DNA of 64,000 bases. Source: Octopus vulgaris. Taxonomy: Eukaryota. A program made the position numbers and the translations under genes. A model generated the notes under the pieces. The model was not told the origin of the DNA and searched no databases. It saw only the letters and a program-made list of their open reading frames with translations. Of this stretch, positions 12,751 to 27,299 are shown piece after piece; within the stretch, counting starts at the first letter, position 1; every line of letters begins with the position of its first letter. Location: NCBI GenBank assembly GCA_951406725.2, contig OX597819.1, positions 29,884,001 through 29,948,000 of the forward strand, written 5' to 3'.

Positions 12751-14595
12751 CAAAGTGGTATCAAAAATTTCTCGGACTAGTTCTATAAGGCGCCAATAGA
12801 TGGCAGTACACAGTTGCGTGCACAGTGAGACATAGCAATGACCTTCATGAGGCAGTATTCGGAGTGACATCATTGTGTTTACTTTGCAAGTTGTGAAATT
12901 TGTGTCTTTGTGATCAGGAGTATGCTGTAGGCAGCGAGTTTGTCATGGACAGGAGCAAAGTGCCAACGTGAAATTTAGTGTTAAACTTAGTAAATCTGTC
13001 AGAGAGACATTGTGCATGCTTTGGCAAGCTTACAGCGATGAGGCAATGGGTCATGCGCAATGTTTCGGGTGACACGGGTGCTTCAAAAGCGGAAGATTGT
13101 CCGTGGAAGGCAAGGAGCGATCTGAAAGGCTTGTCACGAGCGTCAGCCCCGGAAATGTGGGAAAAATTTATCAGCTTGTGCACGAGGATCAGAGGAGGAC
13201 AATGAACAACATTGCTGATATTTTTGATCTGTCGCATAGATCCGTGCAAGCAATCCTAATGTCTGAAATGAACGTGCGGCGTGTCTCTGCCAAGTTTGTC
13301 TCCCGCTGGCTGACCACTGAGCAGATAGAACGTCACGTCTACGTCGAGGATGATCACCAGTGACGAGAGTTGGCTCTATGGATACGAATCTGAGACGAAG
13401 CAGCAGTTGTCACACTGGAAGAGCCCTTCATAACTACGACAGAGCAGCAGCTCATTTATGAGTATGCTCATCGTTTGTTTTTTACATCCGCGGTATTGAG
13501 CATCGAGAATTGGCGCCCCCCACCAGGGCCAGCTCGTCAATTACGAGTTATGCGGCGACATTTTGAAGCGTTTGAGGGAGGACATTCAGCGAAAGTGACC
13601 TGATCTGTGGAAAGCGAAGAATTAGATTCTTGACGACAATGCAATCTGTCACCGTATTCTCCTTACACATGACTTATTTTATTGACCTGGAGAGAATGAA
13701 AGGCAAAAATTGATTCGTTAGAATTTTTACTGAAAACATAAATAAACAAGATAATTGAGGGTAACTCACCCGAACACATATCAGAAACCGTTGCTCGTTC
13801 GGAATATCCAAATAGTCACACTATTTGTCATGTGTAAGGATACAACATCGTATCGCTTCGGCACTCTCCCTATTCACCAGATTTGGCGCCTACGGACTTC
13901 CATCTCTTCCAGAAGATGAAAATGCAGTTCAAAGGTCACCGGTTTAACACCATTGTCGAGATCAAGAGTGAATCGTGAAAGATTCTCGACTTACTTACGG
14001 AAAAACGATTTCCATGCTGGATTCCAAAAGTGGCAGAAATGCTGTGACCGGTGTATTGTTGCTCAAGGTGACTATTTCGAAGGAGTTGATGTTAAAACTT
14101 AGGTAAATAGTCGCAGGAGTGTGTGTGTGTGGTAAGTAGCTTGCTTACTAACCATATGGTTCCGGGTTCAGTCCCACTGTGTGGCATCTTGGGCAAGTGT
14201 CTTCTGCTATAGCCTCGGGCCGACCAAAGCCTTGTGAGTGGATTTGGTAGACGGAAACTGAAAGAAGCCTATCGTATATATGTATATATATATATATATG
14301 TATGTATGTGTGTGTATATGTTTGTGTGTCTGTGTCTGTCCCCACAACATCGCTTGACAACCGATGCTGGTGTATTTACGTCCCCGTCACTTAGCGGTTC
14401 GGCAAAAGAGACCGATAGAATAAGTACTAGGCTTACAAAGAATAAGTCCCGGGGTCGATTTGCTCGACTAAAGGCGGTGCTCCAGCATGGCCACAGTCAA
14501 ATGACTAAAATAAGTAAAAGAGTAAAAGAGTAAAGAGTAAATAAGTTATTTTTTATTACACATATCTAGTCCTGGAACTTTTTGATACCGTTTTG
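12751..14595 (+). mobile_element. Decayed full-length mariner (DD34D-type) DNA transposon with two insertions
   Basis: TA-flanked imperfect TIRs CAAAGTGGTATCAAAAATTTCTCGGACTAG / CTAGTCCTGGAACTTTTTGATACCGTTTTG; transposase motifs VSAKFVSRWLTTEQ, ITSDESWLYGY, DDNAICH, YSPDLAPTDFHLF. Confidence 0.9.
14111..14537 (+). mobile_element. SINE family B, near full length, inserted just inside the right end of the mariner
   Basis: Complete head-to-tail family B sequence ending in (GTAAAAGA)n; short GTAAATA direct repeat at both flanks. Confidence 0.9.
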
Positions 14596-15990
14596 TATGT
14601 AGCTATGATAAAGGCGTTAGATTGTCCAAACCGTCAGAACATCGGACGATAATCTTGCGAAGGCTCTTTATGCTCCGAGTTCATGACTTACCGAAGTTAA
14701 AATTGCCTTTCATTATTCCAGGGTCGTTAAAGTAAATCACCAATCAAGTACCGAGGTCAATTTAATCGTGCCTATATTAGAAACCAATTGTAATTAAATT
14801 CACACCTTATGAACATAATAAAATTTGCTGATTGTTTTCCCTAATTAAAGAATAATGTATAATATAAAAGTTTTGCTGGTAAGTAATGTTACATCTAAAA
14901 ATTACCTTTTCTCTTGTCTGTATTTCATTATCTTTTTTTATTGTTTATATATGCTTGCTGGCATGATTTTGAGATCCTTGTATGGAAGAAGGATATCGCT
15001 AACGACGTTTATCAGTGCTTCTGTGACTAGTGGAGAGAAAGAAAGAAAGAAAAAAAGTTATGTTTCGACTGGGAACCTGGTCTCAATGGGGGCAACAGAC
15101 AGAACTCTTCTAAAGATTCCCTAAAGCCAGTGAAACCAGTAATGGTGTTAAACGGGATGAGTAATTAAGTATCGCATCTGATGGTTTTAAATAATCAAAC
15201 AGAATATTTTAACTTCAGATCTATTTCTGTGTGGTTTTCATTTCAGTATAACACTAACTCATTGAGGTTATCAAGAAGTTCATGATGCAATAGCAAACTG
15301 AGATGGGATGGGGGAGGGTGGGGACTCAAAAAGCTATAATATTGGTTTCGCTAGTATCTGAACCAACTGCCAGCCTGTGAATCAAATACTCATAGATCTC
15401 GAAAATATTTCAAAAACAACATCACGGTGCTTTACGTCTACCAATTTCTGATTTATCGAACTGTTTTTTCCTACAGCTTGCCTTTTCACAGGTTTCCTAT
15501 TTTGGTTCGACATCATAAAATCTAACGAATAATACCTGGAAATAGATAATGTTCTCACAATAAATCAAATTTTCTCCAAGACAGCTATCTCAACTTGGAA
15601 GAAATTGAATGTTTATCCTTTGTTTCAGAAACACTTTTATATTGCATTCTTTTGTTATACGCATATTGTATCTTATTTATTTCGTTTTTAATTCTCTCAG
15701 AGCGTAAAGCCCCTGTATGTAGGGAACATATAATCTTTATTCATATTTATCTCTTTGATATCAGATAATTCATACGAAAAATATTATTCTCATACTTTCT
15801 CGATATATCTCTTGTATTAAAGAATCCATTAGCGAAAGCCTTTCCGCCTATTTTTAATACCACCATTAATAGTGCATTTTTTAAACTAATGTGAGTATGT
15901 GAAAGTTCACATGCACACACAAACACTCATATCATACTCCTAAATACATGCCCACAGAAGCGTTCAGTTTGTCTTACATTTCATAATAGC

Positions 15991-16522
<532 letters not shown>

Positions 16523-16534
16523 TTATTATTATTA

Positions 16535-16599
<65 letters not shown>

Positions 16600-18064
16600 C
16601 ATGTTTTCGACCTTTTTAATGCAAGTTTCTACTACATTATGTGGTACATCTCGATGTTTCTGAGGTATGCAGCATTTTGCATTTCGAATGTAGACCCGCG
16701 TTGGTATCAATTTCAACGATGTTATCACATTTTCGCTTTTAGTCTTGTGTGCATTCGTAATTATATTATTTCTTCTGTTGCGCAGTGTGAATTGTGTTAT
16801 TTTGTTATATACTAAATATGTGTCCTGTGCTCTGTATGACTGGTGCTATATGTTTCAGTATCAGACGATGACTGTGTACAGTTTGTGGTATTTGGTTTGT
16901 TGCAGCAGTATAGAATGTTAATTTTGTGAGTTATTGGTGTTTTATTAGCAATGAGGGCGCATAGATTAGCGATCAGTATCTTGGTCTCACGAACTTAAGC
17001 TCATAGATTCGATTTCTGAACTGGACGTCGCGGCACGTCGTGTTCTTGAGCATGGCATGTCATTTCCCGTTGCTTTATGTCTATCGAGCTGAGTGCCGGT
17101 GCAGTTCTCTATCCCCCCCAGCTAACACACTTTTCATGTTCCGTTGAGTCAATGGTGAGAAGACCGAGAGAGTGTCTATGTCTACTCGCGACAGCATAGC
17201 CGACTATAACAATTAGCAAATGCATGGTTCTCTCTAAACTTCAAACCATTTAACTGTCTTCAAAATAACCGTGTAATTTCCATTAGAACTACTAGTATTA
17301 TCAAGTGGATAGAGCGTCGACTCAATCGTGTCTATAAGGACTGAACAATTTCAACCTGGTCTTTAATCCATTCAGGGTCGATAAAATAAAGTATCAGTCA
17401 AGTACTAGAATCAGTGGTATCCACTCATCACTCCTCTCAAAACTACTGGCCTTATGCCAAAATTAATATGCATTTCTATTTAACCTCAAGTTACGCCTTT
17501 TTCTTACTGCTAAAATCTAATATGCATGTATATCTTTTATATTTATATATCAGCTTTTAACTAAGTTTCTTTGCTTTTCTCCCTTTCTCGCTAGCTTTTG
17601 CTTTCTCTTATACGTGTGTGTGTGTGTATGTGTGTGTGTATGTGTGCATACAGATATATACGGAGGCGTGTATGTGTGTGTGTTCGTACATACGTACACT
17701 CATGTGCACTTTTACACCACAAATATATGAAGGTGTGTGTGCAGATGGATAGAATGGTTGATTCAAACCATAAAGTCGGGTTCGATTCCTGAAACTGGTG
17801 CTGTGTTGTGTCTTTGAGTAACAGACTTCATTTTACGTTGCACCAGTCTAGTTAACAGCAAACGAGTGCCAGTTCAGTGCAGTCTTTTCGCCTTCCATTT
17901 GTCATGTTGGATGTCCTGCCACTGAGAGGGTATAGGTGTCTGCTCGCGGCGACACAGGCGCCTAAAGAATTAGCGAAAGCGTGGTGCACACAACAAAGTC
18001 ATACACGCTCGTAACGGCTACACTTTGTATGCGTGTGTATGTGAGTGTGTGTGTGTGTAAATAT

Positions 18065-18274
18065 GAATTTCAAATTTTTGCACAAAGTCAGCAATTTCAG
18101 GGAAGGACGAAGTCGATTACATCGACCCAGAGTTCAATTCGTACTGATTTTATCGGCCCAGAAAAAGGATAAAAAGCAAAGTCAACCTCGGCGAAATTTG
18201 AACTCAAAGATATAAAGACGAACAAAATTCCGCTAAGCATCTTGCTGAGCGTGCTAACGATTCTGCCAGCTTCG
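18065..18274 (-). mobile_element. SINE family A copy
   Basis: Reverse complement of the GAAGCTGGCAGAATCGTTAGCAC head and central domain. Confidence 0.8.
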
Positions 18275-18279
18275 TGTGT

Positions 18280-18324
<45 letters not shown>

Positions 18325-18544
18325 CATGCGTGTTTGTGATTTTGCATGTTTGTGTGTGTGTGTGTGTGTGTGTGTGAGCATGCGTGTTTGTGATTTTGCA
18401 TGTTTGTGTATGTGTGTGTGTGTGTGTGTGTGTGAGTGTGTGTGTGTGCATAGATAGCTTTCTCTAGCATTCCCTTATCTGTATCTTCTACTTCGTTCGC
18501 CCTCCTTTTCCTATATTTCCCATCAGTTTACTTCTCCCAGCCCT

Positions 18545-18584
<40 letters not shown>

Positions 18585-19072
18585 CTTTCTCCAAAGCCAT
18601 TTACACTCGTTTCTATTGCCCTTCTCTCCGATACCCATAATTATCAATCATACCTTCTGACATATCCTAACTTTAACTGACCAAACGCTACATCCTTCTG
18701 TATATCGGACAAACAATCTATATACTCCATTTCGTATCGACCGCTATCACCACAGCTCTTTTCTCAGAAATACTATACACTTCTAATATTTCGACTGGGT
18801 CAATAGATCGTCATGCTGAATGCTTAAAAATCTAACTTGTTATGTAATGTCACTGTTCTCAGCGTTACTACCGCAGTCGACTTTGCCGTAGATCATTCTG
18901 TGGGCGTAAAATTAATTATCACAAAATATGATAGCAATATTCTGCTTTGATTCATGACGGGAAGTTAATAAAAACTATGAAGCATAATAAAAATTATGCA
19001 ACGCTACGAGTATTTAAGCTTTTTCTCTCTTTTCCTCAATCTGTTTGTCTGTCCGTCTCTCACTCTCTCCAC

Positions 19073-19110
<38 letters not shown>

Positions 19111-19192
19111 GTATGTATATGTACATATTACATACACGCACCCATGCGTGCACACATACTTATATATACGCACTGACATGTATATGGTATAT

Positions 19193-19250
19193 GCCCCAGC
19201 ATGGCCACAGTCAAATGGCTGGAACAAGTAAAAGAAAAGATAAAAGATAT
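19193..19250 (+). mobile_element. 3' stub of SINE family B between two ~120-bp direct repeats
   Basis: GCCCCAGCATGGCCACAGTCAAATGGCTGGAACAAGTAAAAG; flanks 19071-19192 and 19251-19373 are near-identical. Confidence 0.8.
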
Positions 19251-19255
19251 ACATA

Positions 19256-19291
<36 letters not shown>

Positions 19292-19367
19292 TGTATGTAT
19301 ATGTACATATTACACACACGCACCCATGTGTGCACACATACTTATATATACGCATTGACATGCATAT

Positions 19368-19428
<61 letters not shown>

Positions 19429-19773
19429 ACATACACACAGACATATATACATGGTGCACACATGCTCACGTGCACACATACATACTTACACACCCACAGA
19501 CACACACTTGTATAGCTGTATTGAGTTCTAATCTTACTGGAGTCAATTTGACCTCTCATCCTTTAAGAGTCAATAAGATAAACGCCAGTAACAAGCAGTC
19601 GATTACAAGAATCCAATTAGCATTGTGCCTAATCTAAAGAAATCTATAAACTCTCTCAATCCTATCGGCCATATCTTTCATTCTCTAAATCAACAAAAAT
19701 TATCGTTGTTCTTAATCAAGAAAAATCGCTACTTTTATTTCGAGTGCGGTAGCACCATAAAGAAAGAGATTTA

Positions 19774-20194
19774 GGATCTTTTCAGTTTGAACGGCAGTTT
19801 TTAACATAATTTCTAGGTAACTAAAAAATTTTAAACTTCGTATACTGGTAGAATGTGTTTATAAAACATCTTTTTCGTTTGGCTTTATTGAGAAAATTCT
19901 ATAGTTTGTAAGATTTTTGTTGTTTTTTTTCTTCAATTTCTGCAATTTCAACCAATCAGTGACGTCTATTGAGTTAAAAAGTATTCTGTGCCGTATGAAT
20001 ATGTCCCTTGTTTAAGAAACAGATTGGGTTTATTTACATTTGTGAAGAAAAAATATACCCTTCCCCCACCCCTAACCCTAACCCTAACCCTAAAAGAGAT
20101 TGAAATGCAATAGATCGATTCTAGGGTCATAATTATGGGTGACAATTTCATATGACACCGCTAGAAAAAACTGCCGTTCAAACCGAAAAGATCC
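19774..20194 (+). mobile_element. ~420-bp MITE with GG-terminal ~29-bp TIRs and internal (TAACCC)n, copy 1
   Basis: TIR GGATCTTTTC(A/G)GTTTGAACGGCAGTTTTT; 8-bp TSD GAGATTTA at 19766-19773 and 20195-20202. Confidence 0.92.
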
Positions 20195-20289
20195 GAGATT
20201 TATCTTAACGAATTGACAAAGCAACACGCTTTCAAATGACCAAGGGAAAGGATGAACGCCACATTCTATAATATAATATATAACTTCTG

Positions 20290-20418
20290 CTCGCCGAGGT
20301 CGACTTGGCTTTTCATCCTTTCGGGGTTGATAAATTAAGTACCAGTTGCGTACTGGGGTCGATCTAATCGATGACCCCCTCCCACAAAATTTCGTGCCTT
20401 GTGCCTAGGGTAGAAAAG
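20290..20418 (+). mobile_element. 5'-truncated SINE family A with TSD
   Basis: Central domain and tail; AATATATAACTTCTG repeated on both sides. Confidence 0.85.
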
Positions 20419-20879
20419 AATATATAACTTCTGTTTTTGTTAGTCTATTTGTCTGTTTTTATCTCTTTCTAAAATATGGAGTGTTTTTAACCACACAAAT
20501 TAAAAGTAATATTTTAATTCCAAGCGTTGTAAAAGAAAGAAAATTTAACTTCTATAAAATTAACTCTACCATGGAAATTCGGTTGACGTATACATTCTAA
20601 TAACTACCGAAAATCAGAAAATTATTGCGGCTTGTAAACCTGTAGCGATGCTTAATGAAAACCTTTAAGGTTTCTCGTGTAGGAGAAAATTTATCTACTA
20701 TCCATTGGCAAAAATAATTGTGTATATGGCCCAATTTTCAGAAAAGTAACATTGGATGAGTATCTTAAAAAAACCTCATATTTTTCTTGTCTGATGATTT
20801 TATTGAACAAATCACAAAGAGGAAAGAACACACTCTAGCCCGTCAAAATATAGAGGGGTTTTCAGTATTCACTCAAGTT

Positions 20880-21500
20880 TTCTACAAACATACGATATGT
20901 GGGGTGTCAAAATACGATGGGAATAGAGCTATTTGTAGTAACTAAGACCCTTACTTTGTCGTCCCCTTTGCAGCACTCGGTGGACTGGGTCATTAGCGCA
21001 GAGGTACAAGGGAAGGTATCTATGGGCATGCACATTCCCGAGGCTACTGCAAACCAAAAGCCTTTCTGAAGATATAACCCATCGAACAAGATGGCCGAAA
21101 TTATACTGGATGTACCCTACAGAAAGCCGAGTTGCTCTACGTATAGGACTTAGAGCCACCCGAATGCTTTCTGCCCTTATGAGTTGGAAGAGAGAGAAAG
21201 AGAACGGTTGACATCAGCGACAACAGCAAGCTTCCCGAACTTTCCTTTCTAGGACATCACTGGTTGCATTTCCGAGGATAACTGAAAAAATCGCCCCCTT
21301 TTCAAAAGTAGGAATCTATGACAAGAATACCTAGGATCTCATACACGGCAATACCATTCCATTGTTTTGCTGCAATAAGGAGCAGAAAGATGTCGAAGAG
21401 AATTTTCAAATCATCGAGGAGAGCTAAAAAAAAATTCAAAAGAATTAAAAATAGAAGAGCGAGCCAGACCTAAGATGAGCAAGAAGGTTATCCTTCCCTG
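20880..21500 (+). mobile_element. Possible decayed gag-like ORF1 of an L1/Tx1-type LINE
   Basis: Degenerate Cx2Cx4Hx4C knuckle RKPSCSTYRT*SHPNAFCP at 21121-21177, followed by K/E-rich sequence; limits approximate. Confidence 0.35.
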
Positions 21501-24161
21501 GGACAACATGAAATTAACAATAGTCAGGATCAGCAACTACAAACTAAGGAATATATTGAACTATTGAAAAGAGGTCATAAATGTGTTGATTGAAAAGGAG
21601 ATGGGCTTCGATTTCGTAGAACTCTTAAATGATGGACTACTGACAAGAAGTACATTAGCAGTTGTTCAGTCACACTATTTGAACTTCCTTCATGTGGCAA
21701 AATGTTCGCATAGTCTAACAGCAAATGTATTCATGGGTGTGCTGATACGTCTGTTGCTCGCCAACACTTTCGAAGCTAAATATTTTGAGTACTTCGAGCA
21801 GAGGTTCAGGGGCATTTGGATATTGCGAACGAGCAACGGTTTCTGATATGTGTTCGGGTGAGTTACCCTCAATTATCTTTTTTTTTTATGTTTTCAGTAA
21901 AAATTCTAACGAATCAATTTTTGCCTTTCATTCTCTCCAGATCAATAAAATAAGTACGAATCAATTATTGGAGTGGGAGCGATCGATTGCACTCTCATGC
22001 AAAACATATAGTCTTGAGTCAATGTTAGAAATCAGATGTTTGATAATTTATCAATAGATATAAGAAACTAAAAAGTTAAAAACGAATGTTGCCTCTTTTT
22101 ATTATCACTATATTTCTCTTAACACAATTGCTCTAACTCTTGCACAAACAAATTTGTTCAATATTAATTAAAAGATCGTAAATTGAATAAATAATGTTAT
22201 CAATTTGCTGCCATGTCCAAAACAGTTTAAGGAAGTGGTGCTGTAAAGATTGAGAAAAATGACTCTTGTACAGGACCGCTACATAGTTTATCAATCCTTG
22301 ATGTATGGAAGTAAATAAAAGACCTTGAATGGCTTTGAACCGATAGTGAAAGGAGACTTACTTAAATGCCATACGTATTCGTAAATCGAATAAAAGAATA
22401 ACTTAATGGTTCATCAGTGACATTCATTACTTTTGTTAAGAATAGATATTTTTAAAGTTAATTCTAATAAATAATATTATATAGGTATTGTGTTGAACAA
22501 ATATTTGACCTTCAACACATATATAAACTAGATAATAAATATGCTGGTAATGCTTCATAAAACATTTCAACAAAATGGCGTGTCTTTATTTCTTTATCCT
22601 AAGGTTTTCATAAAACCTTTTGTGCTTTTGAAAATAGACTTTTGTAGTTTGCTCTTTTCCCGAACCCAAAATTTCTCCGAAAAATAACGGAATGTGTAAA
22701 AAAGTCGCATGTACGAAAATGATAATACTTTCTCTTTTCTTGTGTCACTGACATTTTTCAGTTATCGCTCAAAAACTACTTCGATACTTATCCAGTATCA
22801 GTAGGCAGACAACTTTGAGAAGTGAGCTGTTTAGAAGTAAGAAATATAATACCAATATCTATTATAAGATATTTGACCTTTTTATACTTCAAAAAGAAAC
22901 TATAAAGCTTTCTTTTCGATGACTCATAATATTTTATTCGAAACCCGAAATTATAACACAAGCAGTATTCTAAAATGAAAATTAGTTGTACAGGGTTGTA
23001 GTATTACATATTAATGTTTCATAGTAATTATCATCTGGTAACTTTCTCTGAATTCAGTGGACTATAATCTGATTGAATGAACCAGTGCTAGAAGTGGAAG
23101 GGTGTATGAAACCATGGGGGTATATCCACTTCTCAATTTCCAGGAAATTTTTGTATGTTCATTGTTTCCTGATGGATTTATTCTCATCATTAGCTATCCG
23201 TTGTTAATTTTCTGTCCGCAAAAATTGCTTATGTATTACGATTATGCATGCATATTTTATACTCTTTGCATAACAAAACGCATAATATAGATTAATTTAT
23301 TGTATATTATACAGTAAGAGTAGTTCAGAATTCTGGTTGGACTGTTGGAAGTTAGGGGATGGGAGAGGCTACCAGGTGGCTTTGTAAAGGATGAAGTAAG
23401 GTTATGTGAGGTCAGGTTGTATGCGGCCGTGTGTATTGGCCTCGACCACCTCACTCCCGTGTATTAAGGAGAGGAGGAAGTAGACTTGCTATTTGTATTT
23501 TATTATTTATTATTATCGTAAATTCGTATTGCTTTGCAAGTATCCAGTATAATCTGATATGTTAGATATTCAAATACCAAATTTACCATTAGTAATATCG
23601 GCATGAATTCAGTTGTGGAACAACATAACATAACATATTAACCCTGCCAAAACGTGACGTTTGCATCAGTATCAGCGAATTTATTGGCTAATGAAACAAA
23701 TGCTGTTCTACTGTTCTTCATTTCAGTTTAGTTCTAGCTTCTTGATAGAAACCACATACTTTATTTGTCAAATTATAAAAATAACAATAATGACGTGGGT
23801 TAACCAATGTCGGTTGCTTAATTTTCCAGTAACTTCACAATCATTTTCTATAGGATTATTTTGTCTTCAACTTTGACAAATAAGATACTTTATTCCTAAG
23901 AAATATACTACGAAACATACTGTATATTCACACAAGGTAAATTTCAAATATTGTTTATTATGACGTCTCCGTCTCACGCTGATAATTCAGTTAATCTTTT
24001 AATTTTTTGAAGTGAAAGCGAGACGAAAAGTATTTGAAAGCCTATATGTAAGTGTGTAAATATGAATCCTTCTAAATGTGCATGGATGTTGTTGTGTTGC
24101 CATATATGTTACCACCGTTCTCTCTGCTTACAATATTTTAAAGTTATTACAAGTCTTTGTA

Positions 24162-25000
24162 CAGGGTGGCCAAAAGTCACTGAGGGATTTTAATTTTTAA
24201 TAACTCCCTTATTTTTACAAATAGATGTATGCAATTTTAATTCAATATAGAAGAGATAATGGAGATTAATTTGTGCTAGTCCTTTTACTTGTACCTCTGC
24301 ATTACGTATGAAACATGCCATCTTTTAAATGGCATCTATTTTCAGCTTCACACATCCGTGCCCTTTCCAAAATATGTTCCATGACAGCTGTACGTTTCCT
24401 GATTTTTATTGTAATATTCTCCTTCAATTGCTCCAGGGTTTCTGATTCGTTGACATAAACCTTCTCTTTGAGGTACGCCCACATGTCAGGGCTGGTCAAG
24501 TCTGGGGAACGCAATGGCCAGTTGATATCACAGTAGCAAGTCATGATTTTTCTCCAAAATATTGCTTCTGCAACAGTTTTGCCTCTCTTGCGGTATAAGC
24601 AGTTGTCATATTTTACTGGAACCACACATCGGGCCTATTTTGAATCACCGGGTACAAAAAGTTCTCGATCATAGGCCTGTACCACTCACCAGTCACAGTG
24701 ATAGCATTCCCATCATCGTCCTCAAGGAAATAAGATCCGATTATCGCATCCACCGTCATTGCACACCATACTGTACACTTAATGGGATGCAATTCCCTTT
24801 GGTGCTCTTTGGATTTGAATAACTGGCCCCTGATTTTGATAGAGTAATTTCACCACTTGGGTGCATTGTGCGGTGCCATATTTTCCCGTAATTAATTTCC
24901 AGAACGTAGTCTTTAAAATCCCCGAAAAGAAAAACAAGAGGTCAAAAACTAAAAGAATTATCATAGATTGCGACCCCTCAGTGACTTTTGGACCACCCTA
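24162..25000 (-). mobile_element. Internally deleted Tc1/mariner-superfamily transposon (rosa/DD41D-like)
   Basis: TA-flanked TIRs CAGGGTGGCCAAAAGTCACTGAGGG / CCCTCAGTGACTTTTGGACCACCCTA; peptides VWCAMTVDAIIGSYFLEDDDGNAITVTGEWYRPMIENF and WPLRSPDLTSPD.WAYLKEKVY. Confidence 0.85.
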
Positions 25001-25959
25001 TACATGTGTGAGATTCTGAAGATTTTGTTTCTATCCATCTTTTTTTCATCAGCCCAACTCACATTACTTTAATCTGTCGTCGTAGCTGTATTTCTGGGTC
25101 TTTTTGAGGTATTGTTACTGCCCACCTTCTTGTCAACCCCGCCTATCCCACTATTTTAATCTGCCATACTCGTACCTGTAGCTCTATATGTCGTTATTTG
25201 CTGTATTGTGCCTGTCTACTTTCATGTTTATCTTTCTGACCCTTCTACACATTCGCATAGTTTCATTGGCCTTTCATCATTCCACATCATTCTTCTTGTT
25301 TAACTTTATTCCTTCATTCTAATTCGAGCCTACAGTTTCGGTTTATTTTCTCACATTTCCTCAGTCTCAAATAAAGAGCAATGACAATGAACCGTTATAA
25401 TCTACATTCTTCACGGCAAATAAACTTACCCGCTTTTCTAAACATTATGATGAACAATTTTTACTGTTACCATCATCAACAGTTTTCAAGATCTCCAAGA
25501 AGCCATTTATAACTTGTCACTTTAATAAATAATAATGTCTTCAAGAGTTTTAAGATATAAATAAAAGAATAGAAGCATTAATATTTGTGTTTATGTATTT
25601 TGTATTATGTAATTGTTGCAAAATATGACCAACCCCAAGTATAACTATTAATATTTATGTTTCTCAATAAGTTGTTAAGAAATACTTTATTATCGAATAC
25701 TTTCGTTCTTTGATAATTCCAGTTTTATAAAAACTACTTCCCATATTTAAATATGAATATAATATTGTTATTATCACATACATCTGGTTAGTTTGTCCAT
25801 TCTGCTAACCTTCATTCACACACATAAGCGATAGAGTCCTTCTGGTTTCATGCTATTGAAAAATAAAAGCGGATCAATGGTTCACGAGAAGAGCTACCTG
25901 ATAGATACTTGAAAGAATTTGAGTAGAGAAAGTGCAATGTGGTTTCGAATATTTTAATA

Positions 25960-26156
25960 CAGCGGTTCCCAAACTATGAGTCGCGATCCACAGATGGGTC
26001 GCGAACGGAATCTTAGTGGGTCACAAAAAGTTATAAAATTACGCATTAGCTTTGATTAACTGCTGTCTATCGAGATACTCAGTAGAGTTAAGTGGGTCGT
26101 CATAAACTGGGGTGATAAATAGTGGGTCGTGACACTAAAAAGTTTGGGAACCACAG
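25960..26156. mobile_element. hAT (Charlie-like) MITE
   Basis: TIRs CAGCGGTTCCCAAACT / AGTTTGGGAACCACAG; 8-bp TSD TTTTAATA at 25952-25959 and 26157-26164. Confidence 0.85.
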
Positions 26157-26546
26157 TTTTAATATATTCTTATTACTATACGTGCACAATGTGTTCATTA
26201 ATTGTTATTTATTTAATTCATTGATTTACAGTTCCCTGCAAAAATTATGCTGGAATTTAATTTGAAATGTATTACTTATAAGGCAGACATACACTACTGA
26301 GATACAGCATACATGTCTATATTTAGAGAACATAAGTGTACTAAATAAGAAAAGTCTTAAAGAGCGAAATATACTTTAATGAATTTATTTATTTATTAAT
26401 TTCGTTCACTAAAATCGAATGTCGCCATCAATTTTGAGGTTTAACCATATTTTATAACCGAAATCGAAATTTCTTTGCCCATACAAAACCGGTAGATAAC
26501 ATTTTTACACCACCCTACGGTGTACAAGTATATCCAGATCTTTATA

Positions 26547-26700
26547 ATTACTCTGCGCGCGTAAACGAAAGCAAGGTATTGTAATCACTCGTCTTTGTGT
26601 GTTTGCAAAATTACTGGAAAATAACTGAACGGATTTTCACCAAATTTGGCAGAAATACTCATTGGGCGAGTGGTTCGAAATGATGAAAATTTGGCTTCAA
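26547..26700 (+). mobile_element. DINE-1/Helentron-associated (HINE)-like fragment
   Basis: ATTACTC...GGTATTGTAATCACTCG...TGTGTGTTTG...ACTGAACGGATTTTCACCAAATTTGG resembles the typical HINE core. Confidence 0.45.
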
Positions 26701-27299
26701 AGATACATAAACATCTTCAAAGATACATAAACATATGTAGATATGCAACTGCACGCGTGCTTCAGGTGTGTGTATGTGCATGTGTGTGCGCGCGTCTGTG
26801 TGTCCATGAGTGGGTGCATGTGTGCGTGTGTGCGCGTGTGTGCGCATGTGTGTTTGTGTGTGTGTAGTGATGGGTTCGAGGGTTTCGTTTATTTACGAGT
26901 TGATTTCTTAATTTCAACAGAATATAAATATTTATAAAGGTGACGGAATATAAATATTTATAAAAAAATTAAGAGAAATCGAACATATAAATTTCCCGAT
27001 AGGCAAGTGGTCATATTATATCCTCCAACAAACTACAGTACGTTTGATTCACCTACCATCATTGAAAGACGTTCAAAGCACTTCTCAAATTCTATGCAAT
27101 ATGTTCTATAAGTATTTCATTTTGTTCAATTTCTTTTTGATCGACCCTCGTCTGCATGTGCATAGATCGTGGTGTACCTATGTGCGTAGACATGTGTGGG
27201 TACATACATACATGCATACATACATGCATGCATACATACATACATACATACATACATACATACATACATACATACATACATACATACATACATACATGT

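Noticed and set aside
21583-21862. 87-aa ORF followed by a GG|GTGAGT donor-like site
   Set aside because: No recognisable protein, no clear acceptor, and it adjoins decayed TE-like sequence.
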